Assembly: GCA_965217115.1 (NCBI GenBank)
Contig: OZ244239.1
Location: 928,001-992,000 of the forward strand
Length of the DNA: 64,000 nucleotides
Direction: 5' to 3'
Origin: Bdellovibrionales bacterium
GTDB taxonomy: Bacteria; Bdellovibrionota; Bdellovibrionia; Bdellovibrionales; CAYMLA01
Part shown: positions 40,298-49,049 of the stretch, piece by piece
How the letters are laid out: each line of letters begins with the position of its first letter
How positions within the stretch are numbered: the first letter of the stretch is position 1
Notes under the pieces: model-generated
The model's database searches: none
Told to the model about the DNA's origin: nothing
The model's input: only the letters and a program-made list of their open reading frames with translations
Translations under genes and position numbers: made by a program

Positions 40298-40612
40298 TCA
40301 GAGCCCCTTCTTATCTGTTCTGTCTATCACTAATTTTGAATCTGTTAATAGAATAATCTGGTTATTTCCTGCATTTTTAAGAGTAAAATTACTCTTAGCC
40401 AATTGCTCTACAAACTGAGGACGACGCTTTTTTGCTAATTGCATAACTTGCAATTGTTCTTCCTCTTTTAACTGACTCAGCTCTCTCATTAATTTTAATA
40501 ACTGATACCCCTGATGTCGCATTTCCATCTTTACAAATACAATAAGAAACAATGTAAAAACAATTATTAAAACTCCGATTATTGGTTTAAAATTTTTTAT
40601 CTTATCATCCAT
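40298..40612 (-). CDS. ftsL: Cell division protein FtsL-like
   Basis: Short bitopic protein (TM followed by a coiled coil) between rsmH and ftsI. Confidence 0.75.
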   Translation of the reverse strand: MDDKIKNFKPIIGVLIIVFTLFLIVFVKMEMRHQGYQLLKLMRELSQLKEEEQLQVMQLAKKRRPQFVEQLAKSNFTLKNAGNNQIILLTDSKLVIDRTDKKGL

Positions 40613-41618
40613 CAACACTCCTTTTTTTAGGAATCCCTTTCTGAAAAGCTCTTAGCCTTGCGCTCCGTGATCGAGGGTTCTCGTTAACTTCTTCCTCTGA
40701 AGCGACAACGGCCTTACGATTTAGCAAACAACCTTTATCTTGATTTTGCTGAAACAGACTCTTTACTAAACGATCCTCCAAAGAGTGGAAGGATATCACC
40801 ACCAAACGCCCTCCTTCACTAAGGTGCTTTATAAGCAGAGGCACCGTTTGGCGAATAGCATCCAATTCTCCGTTGACCTCCATACGAAGCGCCATGAAAT
40901 AAAGTGTCGCTGGATGATGTCCTTTCTTCTTCCATCCATCTACCTTTTCAATCAATTTAGATAATTCCATTGTTGTAGAGAGTATCTTTTGCTCGCGCAT
41001 CTCTATAATCTTACGAACAACTCTTTCCGGAGATCGAATTTCTCCTAAATCACGAAATATTTGCCATAGGTTTTCTTCAGAATAATTATTGATCACATCA
41101 ACAGCTGTTAATTTTTGGTTCTGATTCATACGCATATCTAGAGGACCGTCTTGATAAAAGCTAAAACCCCTTTGATTTTTATCTAATTGAGGTGAACTCA
41201 CTCCTAAATCTAAGAGCATTAAATCATACTCTAATGGAATCTTTTTCTGATCGATCAAATTATAAAAATCAGAAAAATCTGCCTGTAAAATCTGTAGAAC
41301 ACCCTGGGTAATTTGTTGAGAAAAATTCTTTTTGCCATACTCCACAGCTTCGGAGTCCTTATCCAAGGCCGTAATATGAATTCCTGGAAATTCCTGTTGT
41401 ACAAGACGCAAATGTCCACCTCGTCCAAAAGTTCCATCAAAATAAGTTTTTGGAATAAACAGCGTCTCTTCAAATTTAATTTTATATTTATTAAGCCTGG
41501 GCAAACGAGCTCGATACTCCCCTTTAAAAACACCCAAAACCTCCTGACCTAAAACAGGGATGTGCTTTGAGATGCTCTCTTTATCACTCACTTTCATACT
41601 CACTCTCATCAACATCAT
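40605..41618 (-). CDS. rsmH: 16S rRNA m4C1402 methyltransferase
   Basis: HIPVL, DGTFGRGGH, DLGVSSPQLD, PLDMRM, ISFHSLEDR, NPRSRSARLR. The start may be ATG at 41597. Confidence 0.97.
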   Translation of the reverse strand: MMLMRVSMKVSDKESISKHIPVLGQEVLGVFKGEYRARLPRLNKYKIKFEETLFIPKTYFDGTFGRGGHLRLVQQEFPGIHITALDKDSEAVEYGKKNFSQQITQGVLQILQADFSDFYNLIDQKKIPLEYDLMLLDLGVSSPQLDKNQRGFSFYQDGPLDMRMNQNQKLTAVDVINNYSEENLWQIFRDLGEIRSPERVVRKIIEMREQKILSTTMELSKLIEKVDGWKKKGHHPATLYFMALRMEVNGELDAIRQTVPLLIKHLSEGGRLVVISFHSLEDRLVKSLFQQNQDKGCLLNRKAVVASEEEVNENPRSRSARLRAFQKGIPKKRSVDG

Positions 41619-41700
41619 AATTTCGCATTTAAAAAAATCCTCAAATCTTCAACCAACCCATCTGATGCAATGCGGCCAATCCTTGTAAGACTATGTTTTT

Positions 41701-41729
41701 ATTGTAATTTCTAGGTATTGCGGGGTCAA
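41701..41729 (-). promoter_or_regulatory. Putative sigma70 promoter of the dcw cluster
   Basis: Minus strand TTGACC-N17-TACAAT, about 85-105 bp upstream of rsmH. Confidence 0.6.
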
Positions 41730-41896
41730 GTCACAGACCTCATACAGGAAGTTTTTATAAAGAATTAGCCCAAGGCATAGTCTTGTATCATTCAAACACA
41801 GACGTAAGTGCTCTTATTACTCTGGACCTTCTTTACTATTGTGCTAGTCTTTAGGGTAGTATCTATGTTTGTCACTTTATTTGAGAGTTTTTTCCT

Positions 41897-42844
41897 ATGA
41901 TTAAATGTCCTAAGTGCAACTTCGAGCAACCACAGGATCAATACTGTGCAAAATGTGGCATTGATATATTCAATTACACAGCCCCTTCTCCTTCCCTATT
42001 TAAAAGAGCCGCAACTAACTCTGTTTTTCATATTAGTTTATTTATCGCTATTGTTATTAGTGTCATCACCTGGGTTCAGAATGACAGACAAGAAGAACTT
42101 CGATCTCGGGTTGCTTTCTTACAAGGGCAATCCAGTAGTCAAAATTCCACAGAGGTTCAAGTAGATAATCAAGTTCAGAAAAAACTCATTTCACAACAAA
42201 ATCTTCCTAAAAAAAAATCGTCACCGATAGCTAAGACAAATCCAGCACTGGCAAATCGATTTATTGCAAAATCTAAACAAAGCACTTCTCCAACAGGTGC
42301 TTCTATTTACTTTGTAGAAATTAGCCATACTTCTTTACAAAATCTTCTTGATAATTCTCAAAATCCATCTCAAGACTTTAGTAATTTTAAAACAATTAAA
42401 GTTTCAAAGTTATTTTCTCAATTACAAAAAGGTCTAGGATCTAACTCCATTAAAGTGTTACATAAAATAACCAAGAGACTTAGTTTTCAACCTAATCAAT
42501 GGTTTCTAGGCGCTGAGGGGGTCACTGGTGACGACGATATTGGTTTAACAACATTACTTACTTATCAATCCTACGGATCTTTTCCTATTGAAGGGGAAAT
42601 AGAACTGCTGACCTCATTCTATAGTAATTTTCAAGATGAGTACCCGGTTAAAGAGTCTTTTCAAGACAATTTTTCCCTTAATCAAAATCAAGGTCTTTTA
42701 ATTACAGGAGTTATTCTCCCACGAAAGCTGAATGGGGAAGAGCAAGAACTCTATAAACAGTCTATTTTGAAAATTTTTCTTTCAGAAAAATTTCAAAATA
42801 AACGCTCGTTTTTCGCCATTGCCATCATTATCCATTCAGACTAA
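41897..42844 (+). CDS. Hypothetical membrane protein with N-terminal zinc ribbon
   Basis: CPKC...CAKC followed by a TM helix (ISLFIAIVISVITWV). Confidence 0.75.
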   Translation: MIKCPKCNFEQPQDQYCAKCGIDIFNYTAPSPSLFKRAATNSVFHISLFIAIVISVITWVQNDRQEELRSRVAFLQGQSSSQNSTEVQVDNQVQKKLISQQNLPKKKSSPIAKTNPALANRFIAKSKQSTSPTGASIYFVEISHTSLQNLLDNSQNPSQDFSNFKTIKVSKLFSQLQKGLGSNSIKVLHKITKRLSFQPNQWFLGAEGVTGDDDIGLTTLLTYQSYGSFPIEGEIELLTSFYSNFQDEYPVKESFQDNFSLNQNQGLLITGVILPRKLNGEEQELYKQSILKIFLSEKFQNKRSFFAIAIIIHSD

Positions 42845-43044
42845 CCAAATATTGACCAAGTAGATTCCTCTACTAAATTATTTCCAATTATTATCTATTT
42901 ATCATGGAAGTATTGACACTGAAGCTAGATACTAGACTTGACCTATTTCTATCAAGAATGTTAGATATACGAAAGACTTTCTGAAAAATGAAGACCTTGA
43001 CAAAATAATTACTACCTTATTTATTATTATTTTAAAGGATACTT

Positions 43045-43575
43045 ATGACTGACTTAAATCTCTCTCCTCTTATCACAGACGAACAATTAGAAAAAAAAAT
43101 CGCTGAAATTGGACAATCTCTCACAAAAAAATTCAATGGTGAGAACCTCATTGCTATTTGTATTCTACGAGGTTCCTTTATGTTCTTCTCTGATTTAGTT
43201 CGTCAAATAGATGCAGATATTTTTTGTGAATTTTTTGGCATCTCTAGTTATGGAGACTCCACTCAATCATCAGGGGAAGTTAAGGTAACACTCGACCTTA
43301 CGACACCTATCGAAAATAAAAATATTTTATTAATTGAAGACATCGTTGATACAGGCCTCACCATGAATTTTCTTAAAGAAACCTTGCAGGCTCGTAAGCC
43401 TAAGAGCCTCACGACGGTAAGTTTGCTCTATAAGCCCAAGGCCATCAAACAACCTTGTCAAATAGACTATGTTGGCTTTGAAATTCCCAATAACTTTGTT
43501 GTCGGATATGGCTTGGATTACCAGGGCTTTTATCGAAATCTTCCCTATATTGCCCAAGTTACTAATTTAAATTAA
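43045..43575 (+). CDS. hpt: Hypoxanthine phosphoribosyltransferase
   Basis: LRGSFMFFSDL, ISSYG, LIEDIVDTGLT, FVVGYGLDY, YRNLPYI. Confidence 0.97.
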   Translation: MTDLNLSPLITDEQLEKKIAEIGQSLTKKFNGENLIAICILRGSFMFFSDLVRQIDADIFCEFFGISSYGDSTQSSGEVKVTLDLTTPIENKNILLIEDIVDTGLTMNFLKETLQARKPKSLTTVSLLYKPKAIKQPCQIDYVGFEIPNNFVVGYGLDYQGFYRNLPYIAQVTNLN

Positions 43576-44357
43576 AAAGTAACCATGCTTATAAATAAAG
43601 TAAAAACAAGTGCCGACAGAATGAGCACCCAAGTATCTCTCGTTTTTTTTAAAACCAGGGGAAGTAAATGCAAAAAACACACATAAATCAATACTCCTGT
43701 TGCAAGGGCTATTGTCGTTGTTTTAAAGACTTCTATCTGGCTAAAGAAAACTCCTAAGAGAGTCCCCATTAACAAACTTGCTCCCACACTCAAACTTAAA
43801 TACTGAGCTATTCTTTTTGACAACCCACCAGCCAAAGCTAAGCTCGCTACAAGTATTCCATCGGGTAATAAATGAAATAGTAAACCCAAGCTCACCAGCC
43901 CTCCTGCTTCCGTATTTATGGCAAAGGCCGAGGCAATTTCAAAACCATCAAGGAAAGAACACACAAGAAAACACCCCACAGCAGAGCAAGATGATTTTTG
44001 AGACAAGATATGACTATGATTATACTGGTGATGCGAACCGTGATAACAGGTTGATTGGCTTTCTCCCGTTTTAAAAAAATCAGATAAGACTCTTGGAACA
44101 ACAGAGATATCAAAAAACAACGCGCACAATACTCCTAATAAAATAAATGCAGGCCCTGTTTTACTCTCTAGAGAATGGGGTATAAACTCTAAAAAAGCAA
44201 TTGCCAGTAAAAGCCCCGTACTCATAGCAATCATAAATTTTATTCTACTTTCGCTATACCAAGACGGTTTTGTCTTAACTATCCACACACCAAGGAATGA
44301 ACTCAATATCGCAATCACTAAACTAGCTGCCACCGCAGAGGTTAGAATTAATTCCAT
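43572..44357 (-). CDS. ZIP-family metal transporter
   Basis: Multiple TM helices, GLLLAIAFLEFIPHS, His-rich loop HGSHHQYNHSH, SFLDG / FHLLPDG, ATGVLIYV. Confidence 0.8.
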   Translation of the reverse strand: MELILTSAVAASLVIAILSSFLGVWIVKTKPSWYSESRIKFMIAMSTGLLLAIAFLEFIPHSLESKTGPAFILLGVLCALFFDISVVPRVLSDFFKTGESQSTCYHGSHHQYNHSHILSQKSSCSAVGCFLVCSFLDGFEIASAFAINTEAGGLVSLGLLFHLLPDGILVASLALAGGLSKRIAQYLSLSVGASLLMGTLLGVFFSQIEVFKTTTIALATGVLIYVCFLHLLPLVLKKTRDTWVLILSALVFTLFISMVTF

Positions 44358-44434
44358 TTTATCTCCTTAAGAATAACAATTTCTGCTTATTGTAATAGCA
44401 GCTATTTTCACAAAAGTTTTGAGATCACAAATCT

Positions 44435-45292
44435 TCAATGTATTTTTTCGGCCAATTCAATCGTGTTCTGTAATAACATAGTGATCGTCATCGGCCCCAC
44501 TCCTCCTGGAACGGGGCTTGCTGCTTTAACCCAACCATCTAGTTCATCAAATCGAACATCTCCACAAAGTTTTTTTCCGTCGATTTGATTATCTACGCGG
44601 TGAATACCTACATCTACAACTACGGCCCCTTGCTTAAAGTCTTCTTTACCTAAGAATCGTGGCTTCCCCACCGCCACCACAATAATATCTGCTTCTCTTG
44701 TGTAAGACGAAATATCTTTTGTTCGGGAGTGACAAATCGTCACTGTGGCGTTTTCACTCAAAAGTAAGTTTGCTACAGGTAAACCAACCAAACGACTCCG
44801 ACCTAAAACAACAGCTTTTTTACCACTTATCTCAAGGCCATAGTGTTTCAAAAGAGCAATGATGCCTTTTGGCGTACAGGGAGCAATTCGCATCTTCCCC
44901 GTATAAAGAAGACCTAGGTTCTCAGTCGTTAACCCATCAGCATCTTTGAAAGGATTCAATACCTGTAAAACACTCTCCTGACATAAATGCTCTGGCAGAG
45001 GAAATTGCACGAGAATACCGTCCACGGATTTATCACGGTTAAGTTTTTTAATAAGGGCTTCCAGATCATTCTGCGTCACAGTTCCAGAAAGATGGTGATG
45101 AAAAGAAGTTAAGCCCAATGCCTCACAGGCTTGTACCTTGTTTTTCACGTAAACTTGACTGGCCGTATCTTCTCCGACCAAAACGACTGCTAATCCCACA
45201 GCACGACCCTGTCGTTGCTTAAACTCCTGCGCGCGGACTTTTAATTGCCCACGAATAACCTGACTCACCTCTCGTCCATTTAGTTTTAACAT
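44435..45292 (-). CDS. folD: Methylene-THF dehydrogenase/cyclohydrolase
   Basis: ASQVYVKNK, GILVQFPLP, KDADG, PCTPKG, DVGIHR, PVPGGVGPMT. Confidence 0.98.
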   Translation of the reverse strand: MLKLNGREVSQVIRGQLKVRAQEFKQRQGRAVGLAVVLVGEDTASQVYVKNKVQACEALGLTSFHHHLSGTVTQNDLEALIKKLNRDKSVDGILVQFPLPEHLCQESVLQVLNPFKDADGLTTENLGLLYTGKMRIAPCTPKGIIALLKHYGLEISGKKAVVLGRSRLVGLPVANLLLSENATVTICHSRTKDISSYTREADIIVVAVGKPRFLGKEDFKQGAVVVDVGIHRVDNQIDGKKLCGDVRFDELDGWVKAASPVPGGVGPMTITMLLQNTIELAEKIH

Positions 45293-45404
45293 CCCATTCC
45301 TTTCTTAAATACTTAGTAAAATTAAGGGTTTAGACTAAACTTGACCTTGACTATGATCTCGAATAGTCTGTGTCGACCTCGCCCTTCAACTTAAGGAAGA
45401 AACC

Positions 45405-45635
45405 ATGGCCAACGACAAAAAGAAAGTCAAATTGTCACAAGACGGCTCCTCCATTGACTATACCATTGCTGACAACGCTCCGACAAATCTCAAAAAATTC
45501 CGAGCAAGTCCTGAAATAGAAGGTTTTTACCGTTTTGTCTATGAAAACGATCTACAAAGAGACACTTTTAAGGTTCTCGACCGCTTAAAGCGGGAGCGTT
45601 ATGCCAATAAGAAAACCAAGGGCAAAAAAAAGTAA
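45405..45635 (+). CDS. Small hypothetical protein
   Basis: SD aagga before ATG; KFRASPEIEGFYRFVYENDLQ core; coding-like composition. Confidence 0.7.
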   Translation: MANDKKKVKLSQDGSSIDYTIADNAPTNLKKFRASPEIEGFYRFVYENDLQRDTFKVLDRLKRERYANKKTKGKKK

Positions 45636-45899
45636 CTTCTCTGTGACAATTACAAAAATCGATACCTCCGAAAACATGTTTGAACATGGAACTAACAGGC
45701 CACGACCACAGGCATATTGTTCGAAAAACGGATAAATGACCATTTACACTTTTTCTTTTAGATATTTAACATCTTATTACCACTTCTTATTTTGCATAGA
45801 CTTCCTCTTAAGAATTTGTCTTTAACAGAAAATCAACGAACACAATCCCTATAATTTCAATTGTCTTAGAGGAGGTTTATCATTCTAAAAAGAACAAAA

Positions 45900-46166
45900 A
45901 TGCTTCATGATCAAAAAGGTCAGGGAATGATTGAGTACGTTATTCTTGTCGCTCTGATGGCTATTGGTACAATTGGTATGGTTCGCGTTCTTGGGGAGGG
46001 AATTAACGTCAAGTTTAGTTCCATTACAGCTGCCCTTCAAGGGGAATCGCCTGAACGTCGCCAAGTAGATATTCCCAAAAGTTGGCAAAAGAGAAGAACT
46101 CTAAAAGATTTTCTCAATGGCAGCACAAGTTCATCAAATAGAAATCGCTCAAACTCAGACAAGTAA
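45900..46166 (+). CDS. flp: Flp/Fap (type IVb) pilin-like protein
   Basis: QKGQG|MIEYVILVALMAIG prepilin motif with E+Y. The real start may be a non-canonical ATC/ATT at 45879/45882, behind AGAGGAGG. Confidence 0.85.
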   Translation: MLHDQKGQGMIEYVILVALMAIGTIGMVRVLGEGINVKFSSITAALQGESPERRQVDIPKSWQKRRTLKDFLNGSTSSSNRNRSNSDK

Positions 46167-46176
46167 GTAATAATCG

Positions 46177-46551
46177 ATGAAAAATCAATCAGGACAAGCC
46201 ATGATCGAAGCATGCCTCTCTCTTACTATTCTTGTTATCCTTATTAAATTCATCTTTTGGGGAGGATACGCCCTTTACACATCAGTTATTACTCAATATA
46301 TCACCTATGAAATGGCTATTTGCCGTAGCCAACCTCTGAAGCATCGAACCTGTCTCTTCTCCTATAGAGAAAAAACATATCAACTCTTACCTTTTGGAGA
46401 ACTACAAACTTTTAAAACCCATGAAAATACACAAAACAAAACTGTGAACAGTCGTCTTCGCTTTAGAATAAATATTCCTCTACTAAGCACACCGGTTATT
46501 TTTGATAAAAAAGTTTCTCTTACTTTCCCTCTCACCCAAGGAGCTAAGTGA
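46177..46551 (+). CDS. TadE-like pseudopilin
   Basis: NQSG|QAMIEACLSLTILVILI prepilin-type N-terminus. Confidence 0.75.
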   Translation: MKNQSGQAMIEACLSLTILVILIKFIFWGGYALYTSVITQYITYEMAICRSQPLKHRTCLFSYREKTYQLLPFGELQTFKTHENTQNKTVNSRLRFRINIPLLSTPVIFDKKVSLTFPLTQGAK

Positions 46552-47333
46552 AAACATTAAAATTCTTTTGGATCAGCTTGAATTTTAAAACAAGCTTCTT
46601 AAAAAACAAATGTATCATCTCCTCCAAGCGTGGTTTCTTTATTGCGATCATGCCATTTCTTATTGTTTTACTCTTGAGTCTCTTCTCTGTTGTTTTTGCA
46701 TCATTCTATGTCATTCGTTTTCATCATAAATCCCAGCATCTTTGTCGAAAACATGTCCTCAAAGCTCAAGAAACAATGGGAGCTTCCCTTAAAACTCTTC
46801 TTTTTCTGAATAACTCAGCACGATCTCTTAATAGCTCTTATCGCGCACTAGAGAGTTTGCAAAAAATCTCTTATTTAACTCTCTATCCTCCTTTTATAAC
46901 ATCTGTTAAAAAAGCAAAGCGACTCATCGCCTACTTAAAGAAAGCGTTATCTGCCAAACAACGAATGATTCTTTTTCAGGGAAATTCCTTAGCCAACCAT
47001 CATCTCAATCAATTTGTTATTGATTTTCGTCATATGACTCACAAAAACGACACTCTTTGGTTCAAAGAGATTCGTCAATTGCACTCCTCGTCCAGATTCT
47101 CTCCAGCGCGTTTAGCTGTCATCTCTACAAAAAAAAGATCTAACGATGTTCCTATCTATCAAACTAGTAAGCCATTCCCCCAAAAACAAGAGGTCAAGGC
47201 TTTCTGGGAATTTCGTTTTAAATCAGAAGAACAGGGGTGGTTATTCTCTCGATTAACAATTCCTTACTTAAGATCACAGTGCGCCGCTACTCTATTCAAT
47301 AGGAGAGACACATGGATTCCCATTCTCAATTAA
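46548..47333 (+). CDS. TadG-like / pilus-associated pseudopilin
   Basis: KRG|FFIAIMPFLIVLLL hydrophobic N-terminus; start overlaps the upstream stop; Tad context. Confidence 0.55.
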   Translation: MKTLKFFWISLNFKTSFLKNKCIISSKRGFFIAIMPFLIVLLLSLFSVVFASFYVIRFHHKSQHLCRKHVLKAQETMGASLKTLLFLNNSARSLNSSYRALESLQKISYLTLYPPFITSVKKAKRLIAYLKKALSAKQRMILFQGNSLANHHLNQFVIDFRHMTHKNDTLWFKEIRQLHSSSRFSPARLAVISTKKRSNDVPIYQTSKPFPQKQEVKAFWEFRFKSEEQGWLFSRLTIPYLRSQCAATLFNRRDTWIPILN

Positions 47334-47485
47334 ATAAAAATAACAACGGACAAGCTATTATTGAGTTCTCTATTATCCTTACCTTTCTCTTTTTGTCTTT
47401 AATTTATTTCTTAAGTTACCAGGGGCACCTTAATAGAAAAATTATTAACACTCACTTTAAAGGAACGATAACTTATGTCAAATAA
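47312..47485 (+). CDS. Small (57 aa) TadE-like pseudopilin missed by the ORF track
   Basis: SD aggaga at 47301; MDSHSQLNKNNNG|QAIIEFSIILTFLFLSLIYFLSYQGHLNRKIINTHFKGTITYVK*; overlaps both neighbouring genes. Confidence 0.75.
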   Translation: MDSHSQLNKNNNGQAIIEFSIILTFLFLSLIYFLSYQGHLNRKIINTHFKGTITYVK

Positions 47486-47996
47486 TACTACTTTTAAAGA
47501 TTTTTTCCAAAAAAACATGGCCCATATAGGAATTCTTGTTTTTTCCATTTTAATTTATTCCTCTTCTCTTATTTTTGAAAAACATTCCTCAATAAAAAAT
47601 ATTAACTCAGACGACTCACCTGAGTTCTTTGATACTTACATACCACATGGGTTTGCTATCGTGCCTATTGAAATCTCCAATCACACATCCTTGGATTCCT
47701 TAATTAGTTCTCGCGGAGTGGTTGATCTCTACGCAACTGATTTTACTAAAACCCATCAACCTTCAAGAAAAATTGCCTCTCACTTAAAAATCGTTCGAGC
47801 CCCTCTTAATCGTCATCAATTTGCTATCATAGTTCCAGATAATGATGTCTCTTTAATCCTTTCACACAAAGGTCCCTATTTTGTTACTATTCACAACTCT
47901 AACGGAAAGGAGCCTCTCTCTGTAAAAAAAAGCACCACACAGAAAAAGAGGGTTTTTATTAATCATATCTCAGATGAAACATCCAATAAAGATTAA
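47475..47996 (+). CDS. CpaB/RcpC-like pilus assembly protein (short form)
   Basis: N-terminal TM, then DTYIPHGFAIVPIEI...GVVDLY, resembling the CpaB C-terminal IPxG..A/V..I...VD motif; Tad context. Confidence 0.55.
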   Translation: MSNNTTFKDFFQKNMAHIGILVFSILIYSSSLIFEKHSSIKNINSDDSPEFFDTYIPHGFAIVPIEISNHTSLDSLISSRGVVDLYATDFTKTHQPSRKIASHLKIVRAPLNRHQFAIIVPDNDVSLILSHKGPYFVTIHNSNGKEPLSVKKSTTQKKRVFINHISDETSNKD

Positions 47997-48035
47997 TTTA
48001 TCTTATCGTTAAATAATTACCTTGGAGGGTTAAGT

Positions 48036-49049
48036 ATGAATCATTTTTTACTAAAAATAAGTCTATGTGTTTTAATATCTATTCATGGCTTCGCTAATTT
48101 TCAAACTAAAGAATCTATTGTTTTCTTTCATGCCAATAGTTCCTATGTAGATTACTTAGCCCATGTACAAACATCAAATAGACAAATCACTCCCATTGAA
48201 TATTACAACAACAGCAACCCTTCTCTTAAATCACAAGAAACCATTTTACTGTTATTCGAAAAAGCTCAACTTTTTTTTACACGAAAGATGTTTTCAAAAG
48301 CCGAGGTTTTTTATTTAAAACTCGTTGACTTATCGTTAACCTCTGACTGGCATCCCCTTGAAAGAGAGATTATCTTTCAATCTTTTTTACGCTTAGCTCA
48401 AATAAGCCCTAACAAAGCTGCCCCATCTTACTGGTTAAAAAAAGCTATTTCTTTTTCTCCAAAATTAAGCTTTCCAAAAAATATTAAAGACGGATTTCTT
48501 AGAGAGCGATTCTTAAAAGAACATAAAATTCTAAAAGAAAAGGCTTTTTTTATGTCCACATCATTTATGCAACGAGGGCTCATCAAGGTAAATGGCCAGG
48601 TCTACAATGTCGAAAATCAATGGGAAATACCCATTTATCCAGGAACACATCGTGTTTCTATCTTAACTAATAAATCATTTTATTTTTCACAAGTAAAAGA
48701 ACAAAGTAAACTACGCCACTGGACTCCAATTCTCCCTGAAGTTTTATCAGGGAACTGTCAATCTCCTCAGAGAAAGGAGTCATCTTCTCTTTTATCATCC
48801 ATATTTCTTGCTTTCTACTCGCCCACCTGCATTTTGAATTTTAGCACTCTCAAACCTGAAAACAAGAAATCAGTTCTCGCCACCAAACACTCTTTTCTTA
48901 CTCCAAAGAAACTAGAAATACACTCTAAAGAGAGCTTCTTAAGCAAGCATTCTCATTGGTTATGGATAGGCCTCTCTGCCGTAGCTATTGGAGCAATGAC
49001 CTCTCCCCAAAAAAACTATAAAATTCACGTTAAGAGGTCTAACTTTTAA
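48036..49049 (+). CDS. Hypothetical exported protein with C-terminal hydrophobic segment
   Basis: SD ggaggg, signal peptide, helical repeat-like region, IKVNG...PGTHRV (PEGA-like), C-terminal WLWIGLSAVAIGA. Confidence 0.7.
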   Translation: MNHFLLKISLCVLISIHGFANFQTKESIVFFHANSSYVDYLAHVQTSNRQITPIEYYNNSNPSLKSQETILLLFEKAQLFFTRKMFSKAEVFYLKLVDLSLTSDWHPLEREIIFQSFLRLAQISPNKAAPSYWLKKAISFSPKLSFPKNIKDGFLRERFLKEHKILKEKAFFMSTSFMQRGLIKVNGQVYNVENQWEIPIYPGTHRVSILTNKSFYFSQVKEQSKLRHWTPILPEVLSGNCQSPQRKESSSLLSSIFLAFYSPTCILNFSTLKPENKKSVLATKHSFLTPKKLEIHSKESFLSKHSHWLWIGLSAVAIGAMTSPQKNYKIHVKRSNF

